Made by a program: the position numbers and the translations under genes. The notes below the pieces were generated by a model. That model was not told the DNA's origin, searched no databases, and saw only the letters and a program-made list of their open reading frames with translations. Shown here piece by piece: positions 31,117 to 40,750 of a DNA stretch of 64,000 nucleotides. Position 1 is the first letter of the stretch. Every line of letters starts with the position of its first letter. The DNA is from Clostridium sp. 27_14 (GTDB taxonomy: Bacteria > Bacillota > Clostridia > TANB77 > CAG-508). The stretch covers positions 1,427-65,426 of the forward strand of contig MNRQ01000018.1 in the NCBI GenBank assembly GCA_001916035.1, read 5' to 3'.

Positions 31117-31953
31117 ATGAGCATTTTTCAACATATAAGAGAAACAAGAGAAAGTAAAAAAAGAGAAAAAGAATTTAAAAAAGAAATAGAAAGAATCAAA
31201 AAATTAGATGACGAAAAAATAAAAGAAAAACTACCAGAAGTATCATCAGAAGACTCTGCATTTATACCAGAATTAGTAAAAGCAATGACAGACGAACAAG
31301 AAAAAATTCAAGCAATATCAGACGAAAAAGTTTTAAAAGACCTATCACCAAAAGAAACAAGCCAAGTGTTTGATGTTATCGACACAGAAGCATTAGAAAA
31401 AGACTTCTCAACAGATGCAGTACCAAGAAAAACATTTATAAAACTAATAATGAAACTAGCATTAGCAAGAGATGTAAACAACTTTATGCCAGCGCTATTA
31501 GAAGAACCACATCCATACAAAGTATTATATGATGTAGTAGAAATGGCAGAAAATATGTACACAAATCCAAACTACAAGGAAAATGGAGGAATAGTACACC
31601 CAGTATTTTTAGAAATTCTACAAAATGTAAAAAAAGACGAAAAATTTAAAAATGACTCAAGAGGAATGGCAAAATGTATAGCAATATTTATGGCATATAA
31701 GCAAGCAAGATATGGAGCAATGTTATATTTAGCAGACTTCCAAAAACTACTAGAAGATGACAATCTAAAACTACAACTACCAAAATGCATATTATTTGAA
31801 TATGACAAAATAGTTGAAGGAAAAAAAGTATACAAACCAAAAATATATAACGAAGAAGAATGTAGAAAAAATATACTAGAAAACATAGAAAAAGCAAAAG
31901 AAAGAGACAAAGAAATAGAATTAAGAGGACCAAAAACAGAAGAAGCAAGATAA
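31117..31953 (+). CDS. hypothetical protein
   Basis: 278-aa ORF with coding-like composition. No family recognised. Start uncertain (31090 TTG or 31117 ATG). Confidence 0.5.
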   Translation: MSIFQHIRETRESKKREKEFKKEIERIKKLDDEKIKEKLPEVSSEDSAFIPELVKAMTDEQEKIQAISDEKVLKDLSPKETSQVFDVIDTEALEKDFSTDAVPRKTFIKLIMKLALARDVNNFMPALLEEPHPYKVLYDVVEMAENMYTNPNYKENGGIVHPVFLEILQNVKKDEKFKNDSRGMAKCIAIFMAYKQARYGAMLYLADFQKLLEDDNLKLQLPKCILFEYDKIVEGKKVYKPKIYNEEECRKNILENIEKAKERDKEIELRGPKTEEAR

Positions 31954-32042
31954 AAAATTCACAAAAAATACACATGGTAGGTTATATTTGATAACATACT
32001 TCATATAATATAGTCGTATGTTAAATTTATACAAGGAGTTGT

Positions 32043-32696
32043 ATGTGTATGAAAAAAGAAAAAAATGAATTAATAACAATGGCAACATTATTAAAAAAAG
32101 ACGAAAAAATAGAAAGGAACACAAAAACATTTGAAAAAATAATGTTTTTATACTCAATAGCTAGCAAAGAGCTAGAAACAAAATTAGAAATTATAAAAGA
32201 AGAATTTAAGTTATTTTATGACTATGAGCTAATAGACCATATGCAAACAAGAATAAAAAAGCCAGACAGTATAGCAAACAAAATGAAAACAAGAGGATTA
32301 CCTCTTACATATCAAGACATGATAGAAAACATAAATGATATAGCAGGAATACGAGTAATATGCCCATTAAAAAAAGATGTCTTTACAGTTAGAGACTTAG
32401 TCAGAAAAATACCAGGTGTAAAAGTTATAAAAGAAAAAGACTATATACACAATCCCAAAAAAAGTGGATATTCAAGTTATCACATGATTTTAGAAGTACC
32501 AATATCACTATCACATAATTTTATGTATGTAAAAGTAGAAGTACAAATAAGAACAATGGCAATGGACTTTTGGGCTAGCCTAGAACATAAACTAAAATAT
32601 AAACCACAAACAGAAATAACAAAATCATCATCAAAAGAACTAGTAACATGCGCAAAAATGGTAAACAAACTTGATAATAAAATGATGAATTTATAA
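32043..32696 (+). CDS. small alarmone synthetase (RelA/SpoT-domain GTP pyrophosphokinase, RelQ/RelP-like)
   Basis: IAGIRVICPLKKDV, SGYSSYHMIL, VEVQIRTMAMDFWASLEH. Alternative start 32049. Confidence 0.85.
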   Translation: MCMKKEKNELITMATLLKKDEKIERNTKTFEKIMFLYSIASKELETKLEIIKEEFKLFYDYELIDHMQTRIKKPDSIANKMKTRGLPLTYQDMIENINDIAGIRVICPLKKDVFTVRDLVRKIPGVKVIKEKDYIHNPKKSGYSSYHMILEVPISLSHNFMYVKVEVQIRTMAMDFWASLEHKLKYKPQTEITKSSSKELVTCAKMVNKLDNKMMNL

Positions 32697-32700
32697 GCAA

Positions 32701-32742
32701 AAGGTTCATAATATATTAGAAAAACAATATATTATGAACCTT
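32701..32742 (+). terminator. 17-bp hairpin after the alarmone synthetase gene
   Basis: aaggttcataatatatt / aatatattatgaacctt. Confidence 0.65.
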
Positions 32743-32753
32743 TAAATCTCACT

Positions 32754-32820
32754 TAGAACAAAAGCAAACATTAATAAGATTGCACTTATTTAGAACCATT
32801 CATATTTGTTCATGCACGAA
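32754..32820 (+). repeat. intergenic repeat family, copy C
   Basis: TAGAACAAAAGCAAACATTAATAA...TTATTTAGAACCATT...ATTTGTTCATGCACGAAA aligns with the copies at 44658 and 45787. Confidence 0.6.
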
Positions 32821-32923
32821 AATTTATAAAATAAATATTTAATATATATAAGAAGGATTTATGTAAAATTTGTCGAATAATATAATTATGAATAAAAATA
32901 CAAAATAAAAAGGGAGGGGGAAA

Positions 32924-34702
32924 ATGGCCAGATATAGTGAAGAAATAATAGACGAAATCAGACAATCAAATGATATTGTAGATGTTATATCACAATACAT
33001 GAATTTAAAAAGAAGCGGAAGAAATTATTTTGGACTATGCCCATTTCATAATGAAAAATCGCCATCATTTTCTGTCTCACCAGATAAACAAATATTCCAC
33101 TGCTTTGGATGTGGAGTAGGAGGAAATGTCATAACATTCATAATGAAAATAGAAGGATGTGGATTTGTAGAAGCAGTACAAATATTAGCAGAAAAAGCAA
33201 ACATACAACTACCAACACTAGAAAACAATATAGACAGCAAAAGAGAAGAACTAAAAGCAAAAGTATATAAAGTAAACGAATTCACAGCAGACTTTTACCA
33301 CAAAAACTTATACACACCAAACGCAAAACTAGGACAAGAATACGTAAAAAAAAGAATGCTAACAAATGATACACTAAAAAATTACCAAATAGGATTTTCA
33401 GGAAAATTCAATGAATTATATAACGCACTAAAAAAACAAGGCTTTGAAGATGCAGAAATATTAGAATCAGGTCTAGTAAACAGAAACGACAATGGACAAT
33501 ACATAGACAGATACAGAAACAGACTAATGTTTCCAATATGTGATGTAAGAGGAAGAGTAATAGCATTTGGAGGCAGAGTATTAGACGACAGCAAACCAAA
33601 ATACATAAACTCACCAGAAAATGTAGTATACAGCAAAGGAAGAAACCTATTTGGACTAAATGTAGCAAAAAAATATGAAACAAAACAGCTTCTAATAGTA
33701 GAAGGATACATGGATGTAATATCATTACACCAAAGAGGAGTAAAAAATGTAGTAGGAGCACTAGGAACAGCACTAACACAACAACAAGGATTTTTACTCA
33801 GAAAAAATGCAGAAAAAGTAATATTAAGCTTTGACTCTGACGAAGCAGGACAAACAGCAAAAGTCAGAGCAATAGAAGTCTTACAAAACATGGGGCTAGA
33901 CTTAAGAGTACTACAAATGGAAGGAGCAAAAGATCCAGACGAATACATAATAAAATACGGAAATGCAAGATTTCAAAATGTCATAGACAAAGCAATTTCA
34001 GTATTAGAATTTAAAATAAAATTATTAAAAAACAAGTTAAACTTAGAAAATGTAAATGACAAAATCAAATTTTTAAATGAAATTGCAAAACTACTTTCAA
34101 ATATAGACAACACAATGGAAAGAGAAGTATATATAGAAAAAATAGCAGATACATATCAAATCTCAAAAGAAGCAATATATGGGGAAGTAAACAAAATAAC
34201 ATACAAAAATCAAGGAGAAAAAATTTTAGAAAAAAGCAAACCAGTTGTAATACATAAAAAACAAGAAACATCACAAATTTCACAAGCACTAAGAAAAAGA
34301 GAAAACATGATTTTATCAATATTACTAACAGGAAATCTAGATTTATACCAAGTAATAAAAATAAATGTAAAATGTGATGAATTTAAAGACGAACTAAACA
34401 AAAAAATTGCACAAAAACTGTATGAAGAATTTGAAAAAGGAAATAGTAATATTAACGCAATATTAGACAAATTAGATGAAAAAGAACAAGGACATATCAC
34501 AGAAATAATAGCAGACGATTATGAAATAGAAGATATGGAAAAAGCAATAGATGACATTATACAATCATATCAAAGAGAAAAACTAGTAGACAGAAAAATG
34601 CAAATATTAACATTGCTAGAAGAACAAAGCGAAAATGTTGAAAAAAAAGAATTAGAAAAAGAGCTAATTGAAATAGTAAACCAATTAGCCAGAATGAAAT
34701 AG
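32924..34702 (+). CDS. dnaG: DNA primase
   Basis: Zinc-finger [11 protein letters not shown]...CFGCG, Toprim EGYMDVI and DSDEAG. Confidence 0.95.
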   Translation: MARYSEEIIDEIRQSNDIVDVISQYMNLKRSGRNYFGLCPFHNEKSPSFSVSPDKQIFHCFGCGVGGNVITFIMKIEGCGFVEAVQILAEKANIQLPTLENNIDSKREELKAKVYKVNEFTADFYHKNLYTPNAKLGQEYVKKRMLTNDTLKNYQIGFSGKFNELYNALKKQGFEDAEILESGLVNRNDNGQYIDRYRNRLMFPICDVRGRVIAFGGRVLDDSKPKYINSPENVVYSKGRNLFGLNVAKKYETKQLLIVEGYMDVISLHQRGVKNVVGALGTALTQQQGFLLRKNAEKVILSFDSDEAGQTAKVRAIEVLQNMGLDLRVLQMEGAKDPDEYIIKYGNARFQNVIDKAISVLEFKIKLLKNKLNLENVNDKIKFLNEIAKLLSNIDNTMEREVYIEKIADTYQISKEAIYGEVNKITYKNQGEKILEKSKPVVIHKKQETSQISQALRKRENMILSILLTGNLDLYQVIKINVKCDEFKDELNKKIAQKLYEEFEKGNSNINAILDKLDEKEQGHITEIIADDYEIEDMEKAIDDIIQSYQREKLVDRKMQILTLLEEQSENVEKKELEKELIEIVNQLARMK

Positions 34703-34713
34703 GAGTGAATAAA

Positions 34714-35850
34714 ATGCCAAATAAAAATATTGATGGTGTAAACGAAAATGAAGTAAAAAAAGATGAAAAATTAAAAGTACAAGCAAGCGAAAAAATAAAA
34801 AATCTTTTAAATGAGGCAAAAAAGAATGGAAAAGTAACTTATGAAGAACTAGCAAACCAACTAAATGATATAAATCCAGAACAAATGGATACTGTATTTG
34901 ATGCATTTGAAGAAATAGGAGTAGACCTAACAGACGACTTTGATGTAGAACCAGACGTAGAAGACTTAAAAGAAGTAGAAAATTTAAAATTAGACCAAAT
35001 CACAGAAACAAGTTTTGAAGGAATAAGTGTTGACGACCCAGTACGAATGTATTTAAGAGAAATAGGAAGAATACCACTATTAACGTATGAAGAAGAACTA
35101 GAATTAGCACAAAAAATTTTAGAAGGTGATGAAGAAGCAAAACAAAAACTAGCAGAATCAAACTTAAGACTAGTTGTAAGTATAGCCAAAAAATATGTAG
35201 GAAGAGGAATGTTATTTTTAGACTTAATACAAGAAGGAAACATGGGACTAATGAAAGCAGTAGAAAAATTTGACTACACCAAAGGATTCAAATTTAGTAC
35301 TTATGCAACATGGTGGATAAAACAAGCAATAACAAGAGCAATAGCAGACCAAGCAAGAACAATAAGAATACCAGTACACATGGTAGAAACAATAAATAAA
35401 TTAATACGTACATCAAGACACTTATTACAACAATTAGGAAGAGAACCAACCCCAGAAGAAATAGCAGCAGAAATGGAAATACCAGTAGAAAGAGTAGCAG
35501 AAATTCAAAAAATAGCACAAGACCCAGTATCATTAGAAACACCAATAGGAGAAGAAGACGACAGTCATTTAGGAGACTTTATCCAAGACGAAGAAAGTCC
35601 AGCACCACATGACGCAGCATCATACACAATGCTAAGAGAACAACTAGAAGAAGTAATGAACACACTAACACCAAGAGAAGCAAAAGTATTAAAACTAAGA
35701 TTTGGACTAGAAGACGGAAAATCAAGAACACTAGAAGAAGTGGGAAAAGAATTTAATGTCACTCGTGAAAGAATACGTCAAATAGAAGCAAAAGCTCTTA
35801 GAAAATTAAGACACCCAAGTAGAAGCAAAAAATTAAGAGACTATATGTAA
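34714..35850 (+). CDS. sigA: primary RNA polymerase sigma factor
   Basis: Region 2 [13 protein letters not shown], region 4.2 [25 protein letters not shown] plus 8 nt plus ATG 34714 (track start GTG 34705). Confidence 0.95.
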   Translation: MPNKNIDGVNENEVKKDEKLKVQASEKIKNLLNEAKKNGKVTYEELANQLNDINPEQMDTVFDAFEEIGVDLTDDFDVEPDVEDLKEVENLKLDQITETSFEGISVDDPVRMYLREIGRIPLLTYEEELELAQKILEGDEEAKQKLAESNLRLVVSIAKKYVGRGMLFLDLIQEGNMGLMKAVEKFDYTKGFKFSTYATWWIKQAITRAIADQARTIRIPVHMVETINKLIRTSRHLLQQLGREPTPEEIAAEMEIPVERVAEIQKIAQDPVSLETPIGEEDDSHLGDFIQDEESPAPHDAASYTMLREQLEEVMNTLTPREAKVLKLRFGLEDGKSRTLEEVGKEFNVTRERIRQIEAKALRKLRHPSRSKKLRDYM

Positions 35851-35935
35851 AATAAATAGAAAAATTATATTTAGAAATTTCAAACAACATAATATATAAG
35901 AAAATGTAAAAACAAAGAAGGGCTCAGGTGTAAAT

Positions 35936-37000
35936 ATGCAACAAATAAATGATTTTTTTAGTAATATAAGTGCAATTAAATTTGCAGACGTAGTATTTGC
36001 TATTTGTATTATAGTATTATTTAAACTATTAAGTGGAAGTATATCTTATGGAATAATAAAACTATTAAAAATGAAAGTAAAAAAAGGAAGAGAAATAAAA
36101 GAAAGTGCATTTTATTACCCATTAAAAGTATTTATATCAATTTTAGGATTTTATATAGCAATATATTTTTTAAAAACGCCATTAAACCTTTCAGCAAAAG
36201 TCATGGGAATAGTAAATAAAGCATTTTCAATAATATCAATTATAATATTTGCAAGAGGACTAGCAAAAAGTTTTGTACCAGGATCAGCACTAGTATACAA
36301 AATGATAAAAGCAACAGAAAAAGAAGAAGTCGACACATCATTCAATTTCTTTCTAAAAATAATACGTTTTGTAATATATGTAATTGCAGTATTTTTAATA
36401 ATAACAGAACTAGGAATCAACTTAAATGGATTAATAGCAGGATTTGGAATAACAGGACTTATAGTAACATTAGCAGCACAAGACACAGCAAAAAACTTAT
36501 TTGGAGGAGTAGTCATATTTTTAGACAAACCATTTGTTGTAGGAGATTGGATACAATTTGATAAATACGAAGGAACAGTAGAAGACATCACATTTAGAAG
36601 TACAAGAATAAGAACATTTGAAAACTCAGTAGTAAATGTACCAAACGCAGTTTTATCAAACACATCAATAAATAACTGGAGCCGTATGGAAAAAAGAAGA
36701 TTCAAATGCACACTATGCCTAGAATTAGACACACCATTAGAAAAAGTACAAAGACTAGCAAAAAGAATAGAAGAAATGCTAATAAAACATGACGATATAA
36801 TAGACGAATCTGTTATAGTAAAATTCGAATCAATATCTGACAATGGAATAGACTTACTAATTTATAGTTACACTAACTCTGTAGACTATGCCAGTTTTTT
36901 AGAAGAAAAACAAAAAATCAACTTTATGCTAATGAAACTACTAGCAGAAGAAAAAATAGAATTAGCGTATGACACAAAAACAGTATATGTAAAAGAATAG
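35936..37000 (+). CDS. MscS-family mechanosensitive channel
   Basis: TM3-beta domain pattern LAAQDTAKNLFGGVVIFLDKPFVVGDWIQ...GTVEDITFRSTRIRT. Confidence 0.85.
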   Translation: MQQINDFFSNISAIKFADVVFAICIIVLFKLLSGSISYGIIKLLKMKVKKGREIKESAFYYPLKVFISILGFYIAIYFLKTPLNLSAKVMGIVNKAFSIISIIIFARGLAKSFVPGSALVYKMIKATEKEEVDTSFNFFLKIIRFVIYVIAVFLIITELGINLNGLIAGFGITGLIVTLAAQDTAKNLFGGVVIFLDKPFVVGDWIQFDKYEGTVEDITFRSTRIRTFENSVVNVPNAVLSNTSINNWSRMEKRRFKCTLCLELDTPLEKVQRLAKRIEEMLIKHDDIIDESVIVKFESISDNGIDLLIYSYTNSVDYASFLEEKQKINFMLMKLLAEEKIELAYDTKTVYVKE

Positions 37001-37182
37001 AAAAAATTAAGCGACTTTATAACAATAAAGCCGTTTAATTACATTATAGTAAAAACAAAATAAAAGAAGTTTAAAAACTTTTACAAAAACGTTCATATTT
37101 TGGACATAAAAATATAATATAATCTAAAAAGGCAGATATAAAAACGGCCAAAAACAAATAATAGAAAGGAATGTAATCAAAG

Positions 37183-37860
37183 ATGGAAGAAAGTATACTA
37201 GTAGTTGACGATGAAGAAAGAATGAGAAAATTAATAAAAGACTTTTTAACAAATAAAGGGTACCACATATTACAAGCAGAGGATGGAGAAAAAGCACTAG
37301 AAATCTATCAAGAAAACAAATCAAAAATAATGTTAGTATTATTAGACGTAATGATGCCAAAACTAGATGGATGGTCTGTATTAAGACAAATAAGACAAGA
37401 AAACAAAGAACTACCAATAATAATGCTTACAGCAAGAGGAGAAGAACAAGACGAATTATTTGGATTCGAATTAGGAGTAGACGAATATATATCAAAACCA
37501 TTTAGTCCAAAAATATTAGTAGCAAGAGTAGAAGCAATACTAAAAAGAACAGGAAAAAACGAAAAAGAAATAAAAGACCTTGGAGGAATACAAATAGACA
37601 AAGAAGGAAGAACTGTCTCAGTCGACGGAAAACCAATTGAATTAAGTCTAAGAGAATATGAATTACTACTATACTTAGTACAAAATGAAAACATAGCACT
37701 TTCAAGAGACAAGATACTAAACAATGTATGGAATTACGACTATTATGGAGACACAAGAACAATAGACAGCCATGTAAAAAAAATCAGACATAAACTAGGA
37801 AAAAAAGGCAAATACATAAAAACAATAAGAGGAATAGGATACAAATTCGAAGTAAAATAA
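37183..37860 (+). CDS. OmpR/PhoB-family response regulator
   Basis: VVDDEE, LLDVMMPKLDG, SKPF, and a winged-helix tail IRGIGYKFE. Confidence 0.9.
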   Translation: MEESILVVDDEERMRKLIKDFLTNKGYHILQAEDGEKALEIYQENKSKIMLVLLDVMMPKLDGWSVLRQIRQENKELPIIMLTARGEEQDELFGFELGVDEYISKPFSPKILVARVEAILKRTGKNEKEIKDLGGIQIDKEGRTVSVDGKPIELSLREYELLLYLVQNENIALSRDKILNNVWNYDYYGDTRTIDSHVKKIRHKLGKKGKYIKTIRGIGYKFEVK

Positions 37861-37948
37861 AAAACATTAAAAAAACAAAGAAATAAAAAATAGTTAAAAA
37901 CAAAAAGACTGAAAAAATAAAAAATCAAGTAAAAGGAACTGAATAAAA

Positions 37949-39466
37949 ATGATTCAAAAAAAAGAAAAGAAAATAGAAAAAATAAAAAGAATATTTCATT
38001 CAGTAAAAGCAAAGCTATTTATAACACTATGTGCAACAGTATTATGCATAATAATATTTCTAATAATATTAAACAGTTTTGCTTTAGAAAAATTTTATTT
38101 ATATAGCAAAGAAAATACATTAAAAGACGTATATAAACAACTAAATGATTATTACAATGGAGAAGACCATGAATTAGACTTAGAAAGTGAACTAGAAAAA
38201 ATAGCAATAAAAAACAATTTTGATATATTAATAAAAGATGAAGACAACATGAGTATATATAACTCAAACAAAAACTTTTACTCAATTGTAGGAAGTGCAG
38301 TAAACTCAATAATAAACGAGAAAGGAAACAACCTGTTAGAAAGCAGTGACAAATATACAATATTCAAACAAAAAGACTTCAGAAATGGAGTAAACTATGT
38401 AATGCTTTCAGGAGAATTTGATAACGGATATTATTTATACATAAGAATACCAGTATCATCAATAAAAGACAGTGTACGCATATCAAATAACTTTTTAATA
38501 ATGATAGCAGGATTCACAATTTTAATATCAGCAATAATGGTTTCAGTAATTTCAAGAAAATTCACAGAACCAATATTAGAATTAAACAAAATAGCACAAA
38601 ATATGGCAAACTTAGACTTTAGCCATAAATACAAAATAACAGATGCAGACGACGAAATAAACAATTTAGGAAAAAGCATAAACACAATGTCAGACAAACT
38701 AGAAAGAACAATAAACCAGTTACGAAGCACAAATGTAGAACTAGAAAGAGACATTGAAGAAAAATCAAAAATAGATGAAATGAGAAAAAGTTTTATCTCA
38801 GACGTATCACATGAACTAAAAACACCAATAGCCCTAATACAAGGATACAGTGAAGGACTACTAGAAAATGTCAACTCAGACGAAGAAAGCAGGAAATTTT
38901 ATGCAGAAGTAATATTAGATGAAACAAACAAAATGGACAAACTTGTAAAACAACTACTAGAACTAATGAAACTAGAATATGGAAAAAGAGAATTCAACAA
39001 TAGAGAATTCGACATTGTAGAATTAGAAAAAGCAGTAATACAAAAATCAAAATTACTACTAGAAGAAAAAAAAGTAAAAGTAATATTAGACGCAAGCAAA
39101 GAAATAAAAGTATTTGCAGACGACTTTTATATAGAACAAGTAATCACAAATTATTTAACAAATGCAATAAAAAATGTAAAAGAAATAGATGGAGAAAAAT
39201 ATATAAAAATAGAAAACGAAAACTTAACAGAATCAAATGTAATACGCATAAAAGTATTTAATACAGGAGAGAACATATCAGAAGAAAATCTTGAAAGAAT
39301 ATGGAAGAGGTTTTATAAAGTAGACGAATCAAGAAATCGATCACAAGGAGGAACAGGAATAGGCCTAGCATTTGTAAAAGCAATAATGACAAATTACAAC
39401 ATGAAATACGGAGTCATAAATTGCAAAAAAGGTATAGAATTTTACTTTGAACTAACAAAAGCATAA
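37949..39466 (+). CDS. sensor histidine kinase (2 TM, HAMP, HisKA, HATPase_c)
   Basis: H-box SFISDVSHELKTPIA, N-box NAIKN, G-box GGTGIGLAFV. Confidence 0.9.
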   Translation: MIQKKEKKIEKIKRIFHSVKAKLFITLCATVLCIIIFLIILNSFALEKFYLYSKENTLKDVYKQLNDYYNGEDHELDLESELEKIAIKNNFDILIKDEDNMSIYNSNKNFYSIVGSAVNSIINEKGNNLLESSDKYTIFKQKDFRNGVNYVMLSGEFDNGYYLYIRIPVSSIKDSVRISNNFLIMIAGFTILISAIMVSVISRKFTEPILELNKIAQNMANLDFSHKYKITDADDEINNLGKSINTMSDKLERTINQLRSTNVELERDIEEKSKIDEMRKSFISDVSHELKTPIALIQGYSEGLLENVNSDEESRKFYAEVILDETNKMDKLVKQLLELMKLEYGKREFNNREFDIVELEKAVIQKSKLLLEEKKVKVILDASKEIKVFADDFYIEQVITNYLTNAIKNVKEIDGEKYIKIENENLTESNVIRIKVFNTGENISEENLERIWKRFYKVDESRNRSQGGTGIGLAFVKAIMTNYNMKYGVINCKKGIEFYFELTKA

Positions 39467-39510
39467 GAAATCAGTATAAAAAATTTTCGCAATATTAATA
39501 CTTAAAAAAG

Positions 39511-39539
39511 TTTGACATATAATAAAATATGTGCTAATA
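39511..39539 (+). promoter_or_regulatory. consensus promoter driving only a short non-coding transcript
   Basis: TTGACA (39511-16), 17 nt, TAATAT (39534-39). The only thing downstream before the terminator is about 75 nt with no ORF. Confidence 0.5.
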
Positions 39540-39545
39540 TAAATA

Positions 39546-39624
39546 TAGCAATATTGCAGTCAAATCAAGTAAATGCTAAACAAAAAAAGACTAGGATTTC
39601 CTTAAAACATTCCTAGTCTTTTTC
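39546..39624 (+). ncRNA. candidate short RNA, convergent with and 3'-overlapping the micro-ORF transcript
   Basis: Bounded by the promoter at 39511-39539 and the terminator at 39588-39624. Contains a gcaatattgc palindrome. Confidence 0.3.
39581..39624. terminator. bidirectional intrinsic terminator
   Basis: aagactagga (39588-97) / tcctagtctt (39611-20), with A8 upstream and T4 downstream. Confidence 0.75.
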
Positions 39625-39629
39625 TTATG

Positions 39630-39698
39630 CTAATCACTTAAATGCTTTACAATTAAGTAAATCAAATATAGCTTTAGCAACTTCGTCAAATCTTTCAA
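39630..39698 (-). CDS. 22-aa amphipathic/hydrophobic micro-protein MKDLTKLLKLYLIYLIVKHLSD
   Basis: GGAGG (39706-10) plus 7 nt plus TTG 39698 (or GTG 39701). It has its own TTGACA-17-TATTAT promoter and a terminator. Too short to appear in the ORF track. Confidence 0.4.
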   Translation of the reverse strand: MKDLTKLLKLYLIYLIVKHLSD

Positions 39699-39739
39699 CA
39701 CTAAACCTCCTTCCTGCCACTAAGCAAGACGGCACAAAT

Positions 39740-39768
39740 ATAATAATATAAACATAAAAATATGTCAA
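39740..39768 (-). promoter_or_regulatory. promoter of the micro-ORF
   Basis: On the minus strand: TTGACA (39768-63), 17 nt, TATTAT (39745-40). Confidence 0.55.
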
Positions 39769-39814
39769 CAACAAAAAAATAATAAATAATGTCACATTTT
39801 GTCGATAAAAAAAT

Positions 39815-39843
39815 CTTTACAACACATTAATAATATGCTAATA
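39815..39843 (+). promoter_or_regulatory. promoter of the sortase operon
   Basis: TTTACA, 17 nt, TAATAT. The -10 region (aatatgcTAATATa) is nearly identical to that of the 39511 promoter. Confidence 0.5.
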
Positions 39844-39906
39844 TATGAACATAAGATTTATTCACGAAGCATTAAAAAAGAATGCAAAATCATTTTAAAT
39901 CTAGAA

Positions 39907-39924
39907 AATTTTTTCGAAAAAATT
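39907..39924. promoter_or_regulatory. perfect 18-nt palindrome in the sortase operon leader (CodY-box-like)
   Basis: AATTTTTTCGAAAAAATT equals its own reverse complement. It resembles AATTTTCWGAAAATT. Confidence 0.35.
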
Positions 39925-39980
39925 AATTTCTAAAAATTCCAAAAAAAGAAAAAACAAAATAAGGCAGGTGAGGAATATGC

Positions 39981-40703
39981 ATGCATAAAATCTACACAAG
40001 CAGATATATAAACACCATCAGCTTAATAATAACAGTTATACTATTTCTAATAAGTAACACAATATATTATATAATCCAAAATCCAAAAATTTTACAAATA
40101 GGAATAAAAAACACTGTAAAAGTAGAATTTGATGATAAAACAAATATATCTCAAAACACAACAAAAGAAAATGAAAACAACAAAAACAAAGAAAAAACAA
40201 ATTCAACTAACCAAACAAAAGAAGAAAAACAAGCAAAAACAGAAAACGCTACAACAAAAGAAACAAATATTAAAGAAAAACAATGGTACTTAAAAATACC
40301 ACGAATATTTTTAGAAGCAGAAATAGCAGAAGGAACAACAACAGAAGTAATGAATACATATATAGGACATTTTGAAGAAAGTGCTAAAAAAGAAGGGAAT
40401 ATATGCTTAGCAGCACACAACAGAGGGTATCCAGTAAACTATTTTCAAAACCTAAAGTTATTAAAAAAAGGAGACAAAATAGAATACAAATACCAAAATT
40501 TCAAAAAAGAATATGAAGTAACAGAAAACTATATCATAAAAGACACAGACTGGAGCTGTATGGAAAAAACAGAAGAAAATGAAATAACATTAATAACATG
40601 CATAGAAAATGAGCCAGAATATAGAAGATGCATAAAAGGAATAGAAAAAGAACAAACAAAAAGCAACAACAATGAAAGTAACTCAAAACTACTTTCAACT
40701 TAA
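39981..40703 (+). CDS. sortase (membrane anchored)
   Basis: N-terminal TM segment, a low-complexity N/K/E linker, catalytic His region LAAHNRG, and TLITC. Confidence 0.85.
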   Translation: MHKIYTSRYINTISLIITVILFLISNTIYYIIQNPKILQIGIKNTVKVEFDDKTNISQNTTKENENNKNKEKTNSTNQTKEEKQAKTENATTKETNIKEKQWYLKIPRIFLEAEIAEGTTTEVMNTYIGHFEESAKKEGNICLAAHNRGYPVNYFQNLKLLKKGDKIEYKYQNFKKEYEVTENYIIKDTDWSCMEKTEENEITLITCIENEPEYRRCIKGIEKEQTKSNNNESNSKLLST

Positions 40704-40750
40704 ACATCAAAACAAACTCAAAACACAAAAAATACAGAAAGGAAGGAAAA

